From assembly GCF_009914755.1 (NCBI RefSeq), contig NC_060947.1: a DNA stretch of 64,000 nucleotides, one strand, 5' to 3'. The position numbers and the translations under genes are program-made. The notes beneath the pieces are model-generated. The model was not told the origin of the DNA. It saw only the letters and a program-made list of their open reading frames with translations, and did not search any database. This DNA is from the human T2T-CHM13v2.0 reference genome, Homo sapiens. Of this stretch, positions 1 to 15,776 are shown piece after piece. The stretch's first letter is position 1; each line of letters starts with the position of its first letter.

Positions 1-796
1 TTCTGGTATAATATTTCCTTGTTTACTTCAAGAGGCACCTTTCGGAATTTCTGGAACAAAGATAAGGTGCCTGTGCTAATAGTAAGGTAAAACGACTTGA
101 AGCTAATGTTTTACTCATTTTTTTCTTTCATTATTTGAGTATAAGTTGCCTAGATGGGTTAACTGCTCTTGAAGCCCGTGCAGACCAGTGATTTCTTTCC
201 ATATTTCCCTCATCCTGGTAGTCTATGGTGTCTTGTTTGTACTCTGTGTCTTTGCAGCAATGTCTCTTCTCACTTCAGGATGTTGATAGAGCGATAGCTG
301 GCTGAGCTACAGTTTATGAGTGTACGACAATAAATTACCTCTCGTTTTTGACCTGACAGTCTTAAGTAGATTCATATTATTGCAACTAAGAGTGATTTTT
401 AAACCACAGTGAAACAGAACAATTTTGTAGCTTTTACCTTTGGATATGGAGTGTAATACGTGATTTAGAGACCTTATATAAATATCCTGTTTTTCCTTTA
501 TAAAATGTTCTCTTTACAATGCTGACTTCCAAGAACTTATAGAATTATCCATTATTTCCAATTTATTGAACTTTTAAATTGAAAATAACACCTTTTGTAT
601 ATCTCATCTTTAGTGTTCTCAGATTTGTAGACAGTACAAAAGCTTGATCTAATTTTACCAATATTCTCTAGCACAAAGCTCTCCATAGCCTCATTTCCCA
701 CTAATCCCTTGTTCATGATGCAGCCACACTGGACTATGGATTTCTTTTATTAATTACCAAAACACTTACCTCATCCCTTTTTCCTACATTAGCCTG

Positions 797-1403
797 TGTA
801 AGCCAGATAGGAGGCCCTGAAGGAAATCTAAGTATTTCATCTCCAAATATATTTCTTTGATATATTTTTACATAGCTCTGCAAAGCTGTCTCTTCTGGGA
901 GAAATTTACACTCCTTAGAGAATGTTTCCCTTACTAGGTCTTTTCCAGGGGAGTCTGACACCTTTTAAGGTCTCATAAGAGATACTCACCATCTATTCTT
1001 TTTGAAGCTTGCTATCTACAAGTTTCATCTATGTGACAAGAACCTGGGCTTTCACAACCACTCTTATCTTAACTCAAGCTGATTTCAATGCTTTAGGTAG
1101 AGCTTAATTCTTTCAACTAATTGTCAATCAGGAAATCTTTGAATCCACCTATGAACTGGAAGCCCCACTTTGAGATGGCCTGCTTTTCCAGGCCAAACCA
1201 ATGTATACCTTATGTGTAATGATTTATGTCTTTGTCTGTAACTTCTGTCTCCCTAAAATGCATAAAACCAAGCAGTAACCCAACCACACGGGGCACATGT
1301 TCTCAGGACCTCCTGAGGCTGTGTCACAGGCCATAGTTCTTAATCTTGGCAAAATGAACCTCTAAATTGATTGAGATCTAACTCAGATACTTTTTGATTT
1401 ATA
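797..1403 (+). mobile_element. ERV1 solo LTR, MER4 group (MER4D/E-like), apparently with an internal deletion near its 5' end
   Basis: Starts TGTAAGCC; typical MER4-group 3' part (gggcacatgttctcaggacctcctgaggctgtgtcac...tttgatttata); flanked by 4-bp direct repeat CCTG (793-796, 1404-1407). Confidence 0.8.
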
Positions 1404-1670
1404 CCTGTCAACTCTTGAAGGTGGAGAATCTGTCCTTTTTTATCTTTAATCTTCCATGGTGTCTAGGCTTTCTTGATAAGAGTAGGTGTTCAACAAATGC
1501 TGAACTGAATTAAACCTAAAATCCAAATTTAGACATCACTTATTTTCTTTGTAGAGCAAAATTGCCACAATTTCCACAGATATCTAATTAACTCAAATTT
1601 CATATTTTATGTTCTTATTTTTTATTCTTCTCTTTTTTTTTCCAATATGAGGATGAAACTTCAGTCAGGT

Positions 1671-2232
1671 TGTATTTTGTCAGAGTTCTACAGAGGGATA
1701 GAGCTACAAGAATATATGTATGTATGAAAGGGAATTTATTAAGGAGAACTGACTCACATGAGCACAACGTAAAGTCCCACGATAGGCTGTCTATAAGTTG
1801 AGAAGAAAGGAAGCCAGTAGTGGCTCAGCCCAAGTCCCAAAACCTCAAAAGTAGGGAAGCTGACAATGCAGCCTTCATTCTTTGGCCAAAGGCCTGAAAG
1901 CCCCTGGTAAACCACTGGTGTAAGTCCAAGAGTCCAAAAACCGAAGAGCCTGGAGTCTGATGTTTGAGGGCAGGAAGCATCTAGCATGGGAGAAATGATG
2001 AAGGTCAGAAGACTCAGCAAGTCAGCTCATTCCACCTTCTTCCGCCTGCTTTATTCTAGCTGTACTGGCAGCTGACTGAATAGTGCTCACACACATTGAG
2101 GGTGAGTCTGTGTCTCCCAGGCCACTGACTTAAATGTTAATCCCCTTTGCCAACACCCTCACAAACACACCCAGAAACAATACTTTGCATCCTTCAATCC
2201 AAGCAAGTTGACACTCCGTATTAACCATCACA
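1671..2232 (-). mobile_element. ERVL solo LTR, MLT2A/B-like
   Basis: TGTATT...ttaaccatcACA termini with MLT2-type body; perfect 5-bp TSD CAGGT (1666-1670, 2233-2237). Confidence 0.9.
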
Positions 2233-2485
2233 CAGGTCTAAAGCCTATGCCTTACGGGGTGGACGCCTGCAGCTGGCCTCTCTCGGATTTAATCCAGGCC
2301 ACAGTGCCTTGTACTAGCCCATTTACTTATAAAGTGAGTGAACAGATATGAATGTCCAAGGTCAATATGCATTAATACTCCAATGCAGTTGATTTATTCA
2401 TGACTGCATGAATCCAGGAGGCTGACATGAAATCAGACTTTCTTCATGCCTCTCAGAAAAGTTGGAGGGTGCCATAGGGGAATGA

Positions 2486-4818
<2,333 letters not shown>

Positions 4819-6409
4819 AAAACAAAAATGGAGGTGGTCAGGTTTATCTTTTTGAAAGAATTGATGGAATTCTTATGCTGATTATTCAATATTATTGACA
4901 ATTATATGGCCTTGTGTGAGGCCAGAAGAGTTGCATCTCCAACAGGGAAAATGCAACTGTATCTCTTTCTCTGTGCAACAATTTTACATCAGTTAGTTTG
5001 CAGTAAATTTTACTAAGGAACCTATATCATGTATCTCTGTGTTGATATTACTGCCACCCTTATGACACTTGTCTTAGCTGTTCTGTATAATACAGAAGCA
5101 TTATTATGGGAATATAAATAGTATTTTTAAACAGAAACTCTATAATTTATACAAACAAACAGGTGCTGTCATTTTTTGAACTCCTCTTCAACAACTTTTT
5201 TATTGAAAGAAAATCTTCAGCTAAATTAAATTTAACAGAGTTTAATTGAGCAAAGGATGATTCACAAATCTGTCAGCCTCCTGAGCCAAAGTAGGCTCAG
5301 ACCCTCTAGCACAGCCATGTGGTGGAAGAGGATTTATTCACAGAAGAAGAAAAGTGATGTACAGAAAATGAAAGTGAGGTACAGAAACAGAGCGGTTATA
5401 GCTCAGCATTTGTCTTATTTGAACACCGTTTGAACAGTTGGCCACGTCTGATTGGCCAAAACTTGGTGACTGGCAAAAGAGTAGACTTCAGTCTGTTTAA
5501 AATTCCATTTAGATTGTAGTTCACTATGTACAGAGAAACCTTTAGGCTGAACTTAAAATATGTAAGGAGATAGCTTTAGGCTAAACTTGATTTAAAAATT
5601 CCCCCTTTTTCTTCATCCTCACACTTTTGAGAGATTGGCCAAACTCTAGTCATCAGTGTTACTCTCACCATCATAAATGTACTTATTTGGTCTTGAAAAC
5701 CGCTGGGGAACAGTAGAACAGTGAGTTTTGTAAGGTAGGAACTGGGATTTCAGGTTATTTTTTTAAGGGTTAGAGTATAGGTTAACTCCTTATGTTGGAA
5801 TATCCTGTTTACAGGAGAAAAAACAAAACCTGGTTTCTTCTAAGATCTATGTTGTCTTAAAGTCTTAGTTTAATTATGTCACATTTAGCACAAGTGAATC
5901 TATTTTGGTTTGGTCTGGTCTGTTGGGCCCTAGTGCATAAGCTTAGTCCAAAACAATGACCTCCCATACTTTTGTTTTAAAATTTCCCCCTTTTGGCCAG
6001 GTTCTCACTTAGGTAAGAGTGTGACAAAAACTTAGGTCCTTCGTGCCACTCTAAGTTACCATCATTTTTTTTTATCTGAACATATTATTCATAGGTTATA
6101 GTGTCCTCATGGTCGCACATTTCTTTCAGCTCTTGTCATTTTAGCTGAAGAGAGACCATTTGACACTCTGTATGCATTCAACATTTAAAACTTTTGAGAG
6201 AATACAGCTCATCAGGGAGACTACCACTATGACTATCAGGAGGATAATACTCCAAACTCTTAGAGTTTGGAGTACGCTCCTTACCTAGCACCCTCATAAA
6301 CCAAACCAACTAAAATAAAAGAGATGAAAGAATGAGCTAAATAGTCTACTCGCTTTAACTGAGAAGTCTCTTCATTAATCCCTGAAAACGGAATCTCTAT
6401 AATACGTGA

Positions 6410-6560
6410 TGTGATGTATTTCTCCATGGGAAACAAGTGCCAGAAGCTACACTGATACTTCTCTGTTTAGGTAGTAAATAATGTAGAACAATTCTATTAT
6501 CTAGCATAACTTTCACAAGATAATTTAAAGTCCGTTGTGTAACCATAGCCTTTACAGTAC
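6410..6560 (-). pseudogene. env transmembrane-subunit remnant (immunosuppressive domain region)
   Basis: ORF 6397-6603 encodes VMLDNRIVLHYLLPKQRSISVASGTCFPWRNTS, resembling gamma-type env LxNRxALDYLLAxQGGxC…CCxWINTS; correct position near the 3' LTR. Confidence 0.7.
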
Positions 6561-6822
6561 AGTCGGCTATAGAGCCTATCATGAGGAACAAATTACTAAT
6601 CATGGCCTCTTTTATTCCAAACCACGGAAAAAGGGACCTAACAATGATGCCCTTCTAGAAGAGCAAACACTTCCAGGCAATGTTCTCTTTAACCCATGAT
6701 GTAATTTAAGAGGAGTGAAACTGGTTTCTGACTGGTTATGAAGCAATATATGTACCATTAAAATTTCTCAGCTACACTGGGGCTTCATGCCTTCATCTTT
6801 CATCTACCAAGGTATAAGGTTA

Positions 6823-7311
<489 letters not shown>

Positions 7312-8772
7312 TCAAGGATGGCGTTTTCTTCTAGGGAGTACCTCCCTTGAGTAGCTTTACCTTAAGGTTTCCAATGAGTGTACAATTACAAGAATGAGGA
7401 CCCTTCTCAATTCTGAGATATGATCCCAAGGTTCAAGGTCCCAAAGTTTTGCTGCAGTGTGGATGGCAAAAGCAGACTTTCTCTGATGTTCTCAAAAGAT
7501 CCAGTCTTCAGGTTCTAGATGTGAAGGGGATGATTATCCTCAGTAAACCATGAAAAGCTTTCTTTGCCTGGTGAAAATACACTGTGGCATAAGAAGCTGC
7601 TGTAAAAAAAAAAAATCAACCCCTTTGCATGGGAAACCTTTTCTACAACAGAAAACATGCATTTGAGACAGCAAGGTGGATGAGGGTCCTTGGGAAAACT
7701 CCAAGTAGCCCATACACTGGGGTAGGACCTTGGGAAATTTGCACCATTTGCAATGGGGAGGAGCCTGGCCCCTCCTCTTCCTGTGTGAAACCTGGGATTC
7801 AAGCTGCCAGCGGGAAGGACTAAGCAGGGACTGTGGCCTAAAGGAGTCCCTGTTTCCCCTTTTTCTTCCTTTTCACCCAGTAAATCCCTGTCTTACTCAC
7901 CATTCAAATTGTCTGCAAGCCTCAATTTTCATGGCTGTGGGACAAAGAACCCCATTTTTAAGTGAACTAAGGGAAAGTCCTGCAGTATTTTTGGCACACA
8001 ATGTGGGAACTCAAGAAGTGGTGAGTGAAATGGGGACTCAAAACCTCTCACTGTTGCTTCTAAGCCTTTTCATCCTCAGATTTCTGAGGGTGGGGAAAAC
8101 CATGCCCCCACCTTCCCATCGCTCCTGTGCCTTGTCATGGCTTTTTCTTTTCTTTTTCGGGAGGGACCAGCGAGCAGCAGCTACCCTCCACCCCCCACTC
8201 CCTGCTGGGCCTGGGACACATGGTCCAAGGGTCCTGCACAGCTGGCTGGCTGGTTCCCAGCCACGCACCACTGCCACAGCCTTCCCCTTTCTTGGCCAAG
8301 GGGTTTAACTCAATCAGGCAGTAATTAAGCTTCAACTTTTCTTTCCGGTGGAGGAAACAGTTGAATAAGAGGTTTCTCCCAAGGCATTTTTAAACTGTTT
8401 CTTTCTTTTCCTTCTCTACCCCATCAGTAGTTAACTTTTGAGGGTTTTTTCCTCTTTTAGAAGATGTTTTACTAGGCCAGGCCCCCCCCACCTATCACTG
8501 TATTCTCTGCAAAATTTTGGTTGTGACATCAAGCCTCCATCTTGCTTTACATCCGGGCGCCATGGCCAGTAACCACTTGGCAAGGCTTTGTGTAGCACTC
8601 CTGCCTGAGGGGATGAGCCCTCTGTGGTTCCATATCTGCATGTTTTCCTAGCCCTGTCTCTTAAAGGGCCCTACCCAGCGACTGGGTTTTCTTCTGCCTG
8701 TGTGTGTGTGTACTGTGTGTGATATCTGTTAAAGGAGCTCTAATTAATTTGGCCTAAAGAAAGACAAGCGCG

Positions 8773-9021
8773 GGCCAGGTGCGGTGGCTCATGCCACCAC
8801 TTTGTCAGCACTTTGGGAGGCCGAGGTGGGCGGATCACCAGGTCAGGAGATCAAGACCATCCTGGCCAACATGGTCAAACCCCATCTTTACTAAAAGTAC
8901 AAAAATTAGCTGGGCATAGTGGCGCATGCCTGTAGTCCCAGCTACTCGGGAAGATGAGGCAGGAGAATTGCTTGAACCCAGGAGGCAGAGGTTGCAGTGA
9001 GCTGAGATCACGCCCCTGCAC
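8773..9021 (+). mobile_element. AluS lacking its last ~30 nt, tail replaced by a purine microsatellite
   Basis: Alu dimer ends at cccctgcac; TSD agaaagacaagcgc at 8758-8771 and 9237-9250. Confidence 0.9.
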
Positions 9022-9236
9022 GAAAGAGAAAGAAAGAAAGGGAGGGAGGGAGGGAAGGAGGGAAGGAAGAAAGGGAGAGAGGGAGAGAGGGAGAGAGGGA
9101 GAGAGGGAGAGAGGGAGAGAGGGAGGGAGGGAGGGAAAGAGGGAGAGAGGGAGGGAGAGAGGGAGGGAGGGAGAGAGGGAGGGAGGGAGGGAGAGAGGGA
9201 GGGAGGGAGGGAGGGAGAGAGGGAGGGAGGGAGGGG
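9022..9236 (+). repeat. (GGGA/GAGA)n homopurine microsatellite
   Basis: About 215 bp of A/G only. Confidence 0.97.
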
Positions 9237-12200
9237 AGAAAGACAAGCGCTTGGATCAAGTATTTTGTTTTTAAGGGAAGCTAAAAGCTGTGGTACCTTT
9301 CAGTTCAGATGACTTTAATCTTTGAGAAATAAAAACAGCCTTAAAGATTATTGGTAAAATGCAGGTCAGATGCAAGGTTTGCTAAGAGTTCTGAGGTTAC
9401 AAGGTGCTTTTTGGGTTTTGAGAAGTACTTGACTTGCCGGCTTCACAATTGGTAAGGCCTGGGACATATGGAACTTAACCACGCCCTTAATTATGCTGGA
9501 GTCAAACTTTGGCTGCACTTAGCACACAGTTAAAGCAACTTAGCAAGTTTTACCTTAAAGTTAAAAATTTCTAGGAGTTATCATTTGGACATGTAATTGA
9601 AACTACTGAAAATAGATTTACATGCAAGGTGTGTAAGAACAATAAAATGTGTGGTTTTTTCTTTTTTCTTTTTTTTTAGTAAAAGGATATAATGAGTCAT
9701 GGAAATGTAAATTTTTGCCTGGGGTTAAAGGATTGTATTAAATTAGATAAGAAAAACCTGAAGGTTCAAAGAAGTGGTGGAAGAATTGTGGAAATTAATC
9801 TTGCGGAAGAGGTTCTCTGTGTGAACTTATTGACTAAATTCAAAAAAGGGCATTCTATGGTTTTTCTGTAAATTGAGCATTGAAATAAAAGCATAACAAG
9901 GTTTTCCTAAGGCACTAATCTGCCCTTTGGCAACATTTTTAAAGGGTTACAAAGGGTTTCTGCTTCTTAAAATTTCAGAGTCATCATTTTGGCAAAATAA
10001 ATAACTTATGTTAATCTGGAATTCCATTTCATAATACCAAGTGTTTTAAACTTAACATATTTAACTGCCTTCCCAAAATCAAACTTAAGTTTCAAAACTG
10101 TCTTTCCTGACACCTGGCTTTTCATATACTTCAGAAGGCCTATGAATTCTCCAGAAAAGAGGTAAACAGGATTATTTAACATGTTTAGGTACATGGGATT
10201 GCCAAAATGATGTTCAATCTTCTTTAGGTTATATCTTTGGTGAATAATGTTAATATATGTTCCAAAATGGTATGGGATTTCTAAAATTCTAATGTCTGAT
10301 ATATGCTATCAATCATAATAAAGGCTGTTAGGTTAAGTTATAGTAAATCACGAAGATAACCAATTTCAATTGTGTCTCTAACTGTAACTACCCTGGACAT
10401 TTTGTTATTCACAGACAACTGTTGTCTTGCTTTAATCCTTTTCAAAGATGGTTTACAATAAGCCATAGGACTCTGACACGTGCTCTCAAATACAATTTCT
10501 GATTTTATTTGAGACAATCAAGTTTCTGATAAATTTGGAGATTATAACATTGGAATAAAGGAAAATGTACAGGACTCATGAAGAGCTGAAATGCTCACAA
10601 ATATCAAGCAAAACAAGAGTTAACCAAATGGACTAAACTCAGAAACTGAAGCAATCCTTTTAGCCTTTGCGTGGAATATTGGTGATCCTTGTTTTGTTTT
10701 TCACAGTCAACTTATTTTGAACTATTTATGGCCTTTAATAATTGAGTGAGGTATACTCCTATGACCAAGATTTGGAGCATGTTTGTTTCTCTCTGCTTGG
10801 TTCCTCTAGAATTTGGAAACTATGTATTCTTAACTTATGGCAATGTAGTCCTTTGCATCACTGCAGTAAGAATACTTTTTTTTTTTTTTTTTGCAACAAG
10901 ACACAATTTAAAAAAGTGGTAGTTTTACCAAGGATTTGACTGGAATGGTATGCTTCCCTTTAAAGAGTCAATCTCGACTTGCAGAGCCAATAAAAGCCCA
11001 GTGGGGAAACTGGCCTCATAACCCTCATCTACACAGTCCCTGTATAGGGTTCCTGACCGGTGGTCAATAAGGAATGTCACTTTCTAACAGGTCTAGGAGT
11101 TTCAAGTTTATCTTGGGACCTTAAGAGGAGAGAATCACCCAACTTGCAGGTATTTGAAGATACAAACTTATGGCTGGGCTTGGCTTTAAAAGGTCTTATC
11201 TGAGATTCCTTGGGGAACAGAGTTTCATGAAAGCCAATCCAAAAGGCTTATGTAGAAATAATTATTCTCGCTGCACTTTACGCAAATAATCAGGCCAAGT
11301 ATAAGACTAAAGTATTCTGTAAACCACTCGGTCCTATAATAATTTGTTTTTTAAACAAACATGAGGACTGGAGAGACAGAAATCATGTTTCAAAACTTAT
11401 CATACATTTGTCATTAAATTATAATCCCATTAGTTGTTTTTAAGTTTTCACCTACATTTTTAGACTAACCCGGCTTGGTCCTGTGAAACAACCAACAATC
11501 TCTGGCTGCAGCTCAGAAAGAACAAAAGGGATGGGTAATGTAGAAATCCGGGTCAATACTCTAGTTCTAGGCAATTAGCCTGCAAATCCTGCCAGGTGAT
11601 ACGAATAAATAGGATGCCCGTCACCTGGAGGTTTCCTTTTTGGGAAAGTAAGACGAAGGGAGCTAACCAAATACAAGCACCTGTGCCCAAATCTTAGTAA
11701 GCATAACTATAGCCACCAATTATCTGGGTGTGTCACAAGACATCCTTTTCTCTCTCCCTTGTTGGAAGAGGACTCAGTTCCACAGTTTCACCTTAGCATT
11801 CGACTTAACAATAAGGAGTCCACGCAACCCCCACCACCAGACACATTTTTGTCCCAGACTCAGTTCCAAGCTTCGAGTCAAAGCCCTAGAAAAGAAAACT
11901 GGATCGGAGGGATCCAGAGGCAAATGACAAAAGTGGTTAAAAGGCACAGCAAAGGTGAGCGTGGCTGATTCTTGCCAATTAAGCCAACCCCAAGCTTCCC
12001 GTATCATGGATAAAGGCCAGGTTAATATCCATGGCATAAATGAGGTCTAGGGCACTCCAAGCTACGTACAGTAGTGGGTTTAGAGGCATAGATGAGAGCA
12101 GATAACTCCTATTCTCTAGGCCCTTTGTGCTTCCTGGATGCAAGCCACTTTAGCACTCATGGTGGAACCTGCCAAGGTTACTGGGACTCAGAGATGCAAG

Positions 12201-15186
12201 GATGGAAGAGGTAAAGGGGACACTCTTCCCTCTCTCCCTCACGTACCGTGGGTATCTGCTAGGAAGAGAAGGGAACCAGGGATGCCTGCTCCCCTCTTTC
12301 TAGATGGATAGCCATTCATTTTCAGTCTGTACCCCTTTAGAATGCATCATGAACCCCTGGGACTCCTTTGAAAAAAATGCCTTCTTTTTTCCTTTCTTCT
12401 CCTCTGTCTTCTCTTCACTGATAGATAACTGTGTCTCTGCACTAAAAGACACTTCCCTCAGATGCATCCTCCAAACTGGAAAGAGTTAATTTCCCAAATC
12501 TTAAACTAGTTGGCTTAGGATTGGGCTCAGGAGAAGGGAACCCAGAAGCCCAACATGCCAGGAAAGGGTAAAGTGTTTTTACCAGTCAGGCTTTTGGCTT
12601 CCCTCTCCCTGTGCAAACTGGTAAAAAGCCTCAGAATTTTTGAGCTGACCGTACCCCTCCCCTTGTTTCATTTTGATACATGTTTTCTAATAACTTGGTT
12701 TGTCTGTTCTTGCCTTCAGACCATCAAACTCCAAACAGTCATACAACCAGAGCATCTGACAATGGCCCCTTCTGCTGGAAATCTTTAGGTTGGCCTCTGA
12801 GGGAGCTCTGACTGCCATTTTCCCAAAACAGCACCCCCTGTCAGCAGGAAGCAGTTAAGATGGGTCTTCATGCTTATATTTAATCTAACGGCAGTTAGAT
12901 GTACTTCTTTAGGGCGGGGGAATGATATAGCCAGGTGGGAGAGGGTCCCCGGAAAAACTCGCGCTGGGGTGGAACCTTGGGGAGTTTGTACCATTTGCAG
13001 TGGGGAGGGGCCTGGCCCCGCCTCTTCCTGTGTGGAACCTGGGATTCAAGTTGGCTGGCGGGGGGAAGCACTAAGCAGAAACTGTGGCCTACCAAGAATC
13101 CCTTGTTTTCTCCTTTTCTTCCTTTTCACTAAATAAAATCTTGTCTTACCATTCAAATTGTCAGCAAGCATCAATTTTCATGGACTTGGGACAAAGAACC
13201 CTATCTTTAGCTGAACCAAGGAAAAGTCTTACAACACACTGAAGATGACAATTTAATGAAATCACTCTGTAAATGTTTAAGTGGCCCATCAGGTAGCAGA
13301 ATGTACCTGAATCTTTCATTGTCTTCCCAGGAATATTGGTCTGACAAACAAAACTTTGGTCATAAACTATTTTAGCAATTTAGAAGTCACCATACCAATA
13401 TATATTTAATTTTGATCATCTTATCTTTTCCATGATGAGTCATGGAATGCAGAACTTTTAATAACAAACGGTTTAAGAACTCAGGAAGGACAGGTGGCCA
13501 TCCTGGTTCTCCCCGAGTCCATGTTTAACACTGGACAAACTTAACGTCCTTTCGAATACTAGTTGTTTCTCCAATTTAGGTACATAGCACTGATGGCTGA
13601 TGGATTATCATAGGTAATTTGACTTAGACCGTGGAGTTCACTCAAATCATACATTTAAACAATATCAGTATTGGCTGATTTAGCATATCTGGCAACATAA
13701 ACTTCTTGGTATTTAATTGATTTTTGTTCTACTTGGGCTAGCAGTTTTATAAACCAGTCAGTCTTTTCACTGAAGTTCCAGAAATTCTTAACCGTCCAAA
13801 AGAAATGATTCTAAAGTTATAAGAAACCTGAATTCAAGAGTGGTTTTCAGAATCCTTTGCATCCTTTCACGAACCTTCTTAAAGATACCATATTCTAGGA
13901 TTTTGTGTGCTTGTGAAGTTTTAAGAAACAGCATCAGAATTAAGCAATTAACTCTGGAAATGACTTTAAATAGTCATAACGACACAAGTGACAAGGAAAT
14001 TTGGTTATTTCTGTGGTCCATAATAATATAAGAACCATAATTATAATTAGTAGCATATACTCAGACATGTGCAAATTTTAGAAATCTCACATAAATTTGG
14101 AACATATATTAATAACATTCATTAAAATTTAACCTGAAGAAGGTTAAACATTATTTCTTATTTTGACAATGTTTTCCATGTAACATAACATGTCAAATAA
14201 TCCTGTTACTTCTCTTTTGGATGCTTCAGGGGGCCCTCTGTAGCATCTCAAAGTTAGAGGTCAAAAAAAATACTTAACTTTGAAGCTGAAATTTGATTTT
14301 ATGCCTAATAATTTAAAGGTTTAAAAAGTGACCAAAGTGGAATCGCAGATCACAGTTAAACAACAGTCATTAATATAACCAAAGTGATAATTAAAAGATA
14401 TTTAAAAACAAATATTTATCATACCTGTACTCTTTGATAAAGGAGACTTAGTTTTCTAAGCAATCAAAATACTTAAGACAGCATGAGACAAAAGCTGTCT
14501 CCTCTTGTTTTCTCTTTCCTTTTTTTCAGTTTACTCAAAAAGTGAATGAAAATATTTTACTGTCTTATTAATACTACACAAAATTTTTTTCAAAAGAGAA
14601 AAAAGAGAAAACATAATTTACTTCCGTATTAGTGTACTATTAATACAAAAACTAAATTTAATAAAACCTCATAAAAATTTATCAAATTTGTCATCTTTTA
14701 ACTGTAAGATTTCTATAAACATTTTATATTTTTCCTCAACTTTCTATATTTATCTTGTTTTATCTATTTTTTACTCCTTCAGTTTGAAGACTTTAAGTAA
14801 CTTTAAACCAGACAAAATTTTTAACACACATTTTTATGCTTTTATAACTTTCCTTATCAAATGCATATTTTGCTTTGGTTATACACTATATACAGAATTG
14901 TTTCTCTCATATGTAGTTGTTTTTAATGCCTAATAACTGGAAATTTCTAGTAAAAACCCTAGAAAGAAATTTTGAACTGTTTTATGTTAGGATTTGCAAA
15001 TTTAAAACCATTTTATAATTTTTGAGAAAAATAGTTTTTCAAATTATTGTTTATTGACAGATCTAAATATATTTACCTTGTCTATACCATGTAAAAGTAA
15101 GATGTCAAGGTATATAGACTTAAACTCAAGTTCAGTAATTAATATTTCAGTATCTTAACTTACAAATGACTCAGACATTTTATGAT

Positions 15187-15776
15187 TTTTAGAAATGCTT
15201 GTTCCCCAGTGCCATAAAGAAATAGCACTTGGGCATAAATTTAATTTCCTCAAAAAGGCCATTTTTACTTTCTGCAGAAAGGGTACACTCACCAGCAGTC
15301 TTGCCACGGGAGTATACCGAACAAAGGAGACAGGGTCATTTATAACCTGACACGTCTACCCTACTGCTGTGTCCGGTTTCCGTTGGCTGGAACGGGACCT
15401 CACATTCTGTATTTGTCCAGATTGGCTAGCAACTTAGAGCTTTTAAAAAGAGGCAAAGGCAGAGGACACCAAAGGAAGGAGGAAGTAACTTGTGGAATGC
15501 TGAGAAAGGTAAAAACACCTTCACATAAGGAAGAGGCACAGGCTATGACCTAATGCTTGCTTGGACCAGTATGAGCATGCCAGGGCAAATATTTAGGCTA
15601 AATTGTGGGAGCTAAGAACATAAAGTACATTGATTTCTTTATTACCGCTAGCAGATATTGAAGAATGTTAGCACAGGTCTTTGAATAAATTTTGTTTCTA
15701 AGAGAAAGTTACTATTTATTCCTAATTAGATGGGGAGGAAAGTCTTTGAAGAGGAAGCTCTACTTTACTTTTTACA
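15187..15776 (-). mobile_element. LTR10C-like (HERV-I) solo LTR inserted in the MER57 internal region
   Basis: Reverse complement begins TGTAAAAAGTAAAGTAGAG, as recalled for LTR10C; TSD TGAT(T) on both sides. Confidence 0.8.

Larger units (their letters stand above)
7664..13236 (+). mobile_element. MER61-type non-autonomous ERV1 provirus nested antisense in the MER57 provirus
   Basis: Direct LTRs at 7664-7987 and 12923-13236; Lys-like PBS tggcacacaatgtggga at 7992; PPT agggcgggggaa at 12911-12922; 4-bp TSD catt/cact. Confidence 0.85.

Noticed and set aside
7730-8308. 192-aa ORF
   Set aside because: Spans the LTR, PBS and leader of the MER61-type element; no recognisable protein motif.
8875-9274. 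SLPP-rich and GRE-rich ORFs
   Set aside because: Translations of the GGGA microsatellite and Alu.
15573-15592. p53 response element in the LTR10C-type LTR (GAGCATGCCA GGGCAAATAT)
   Set aside because: Only one acceptable half-site; the second lacks the core G, so function is unsupported.
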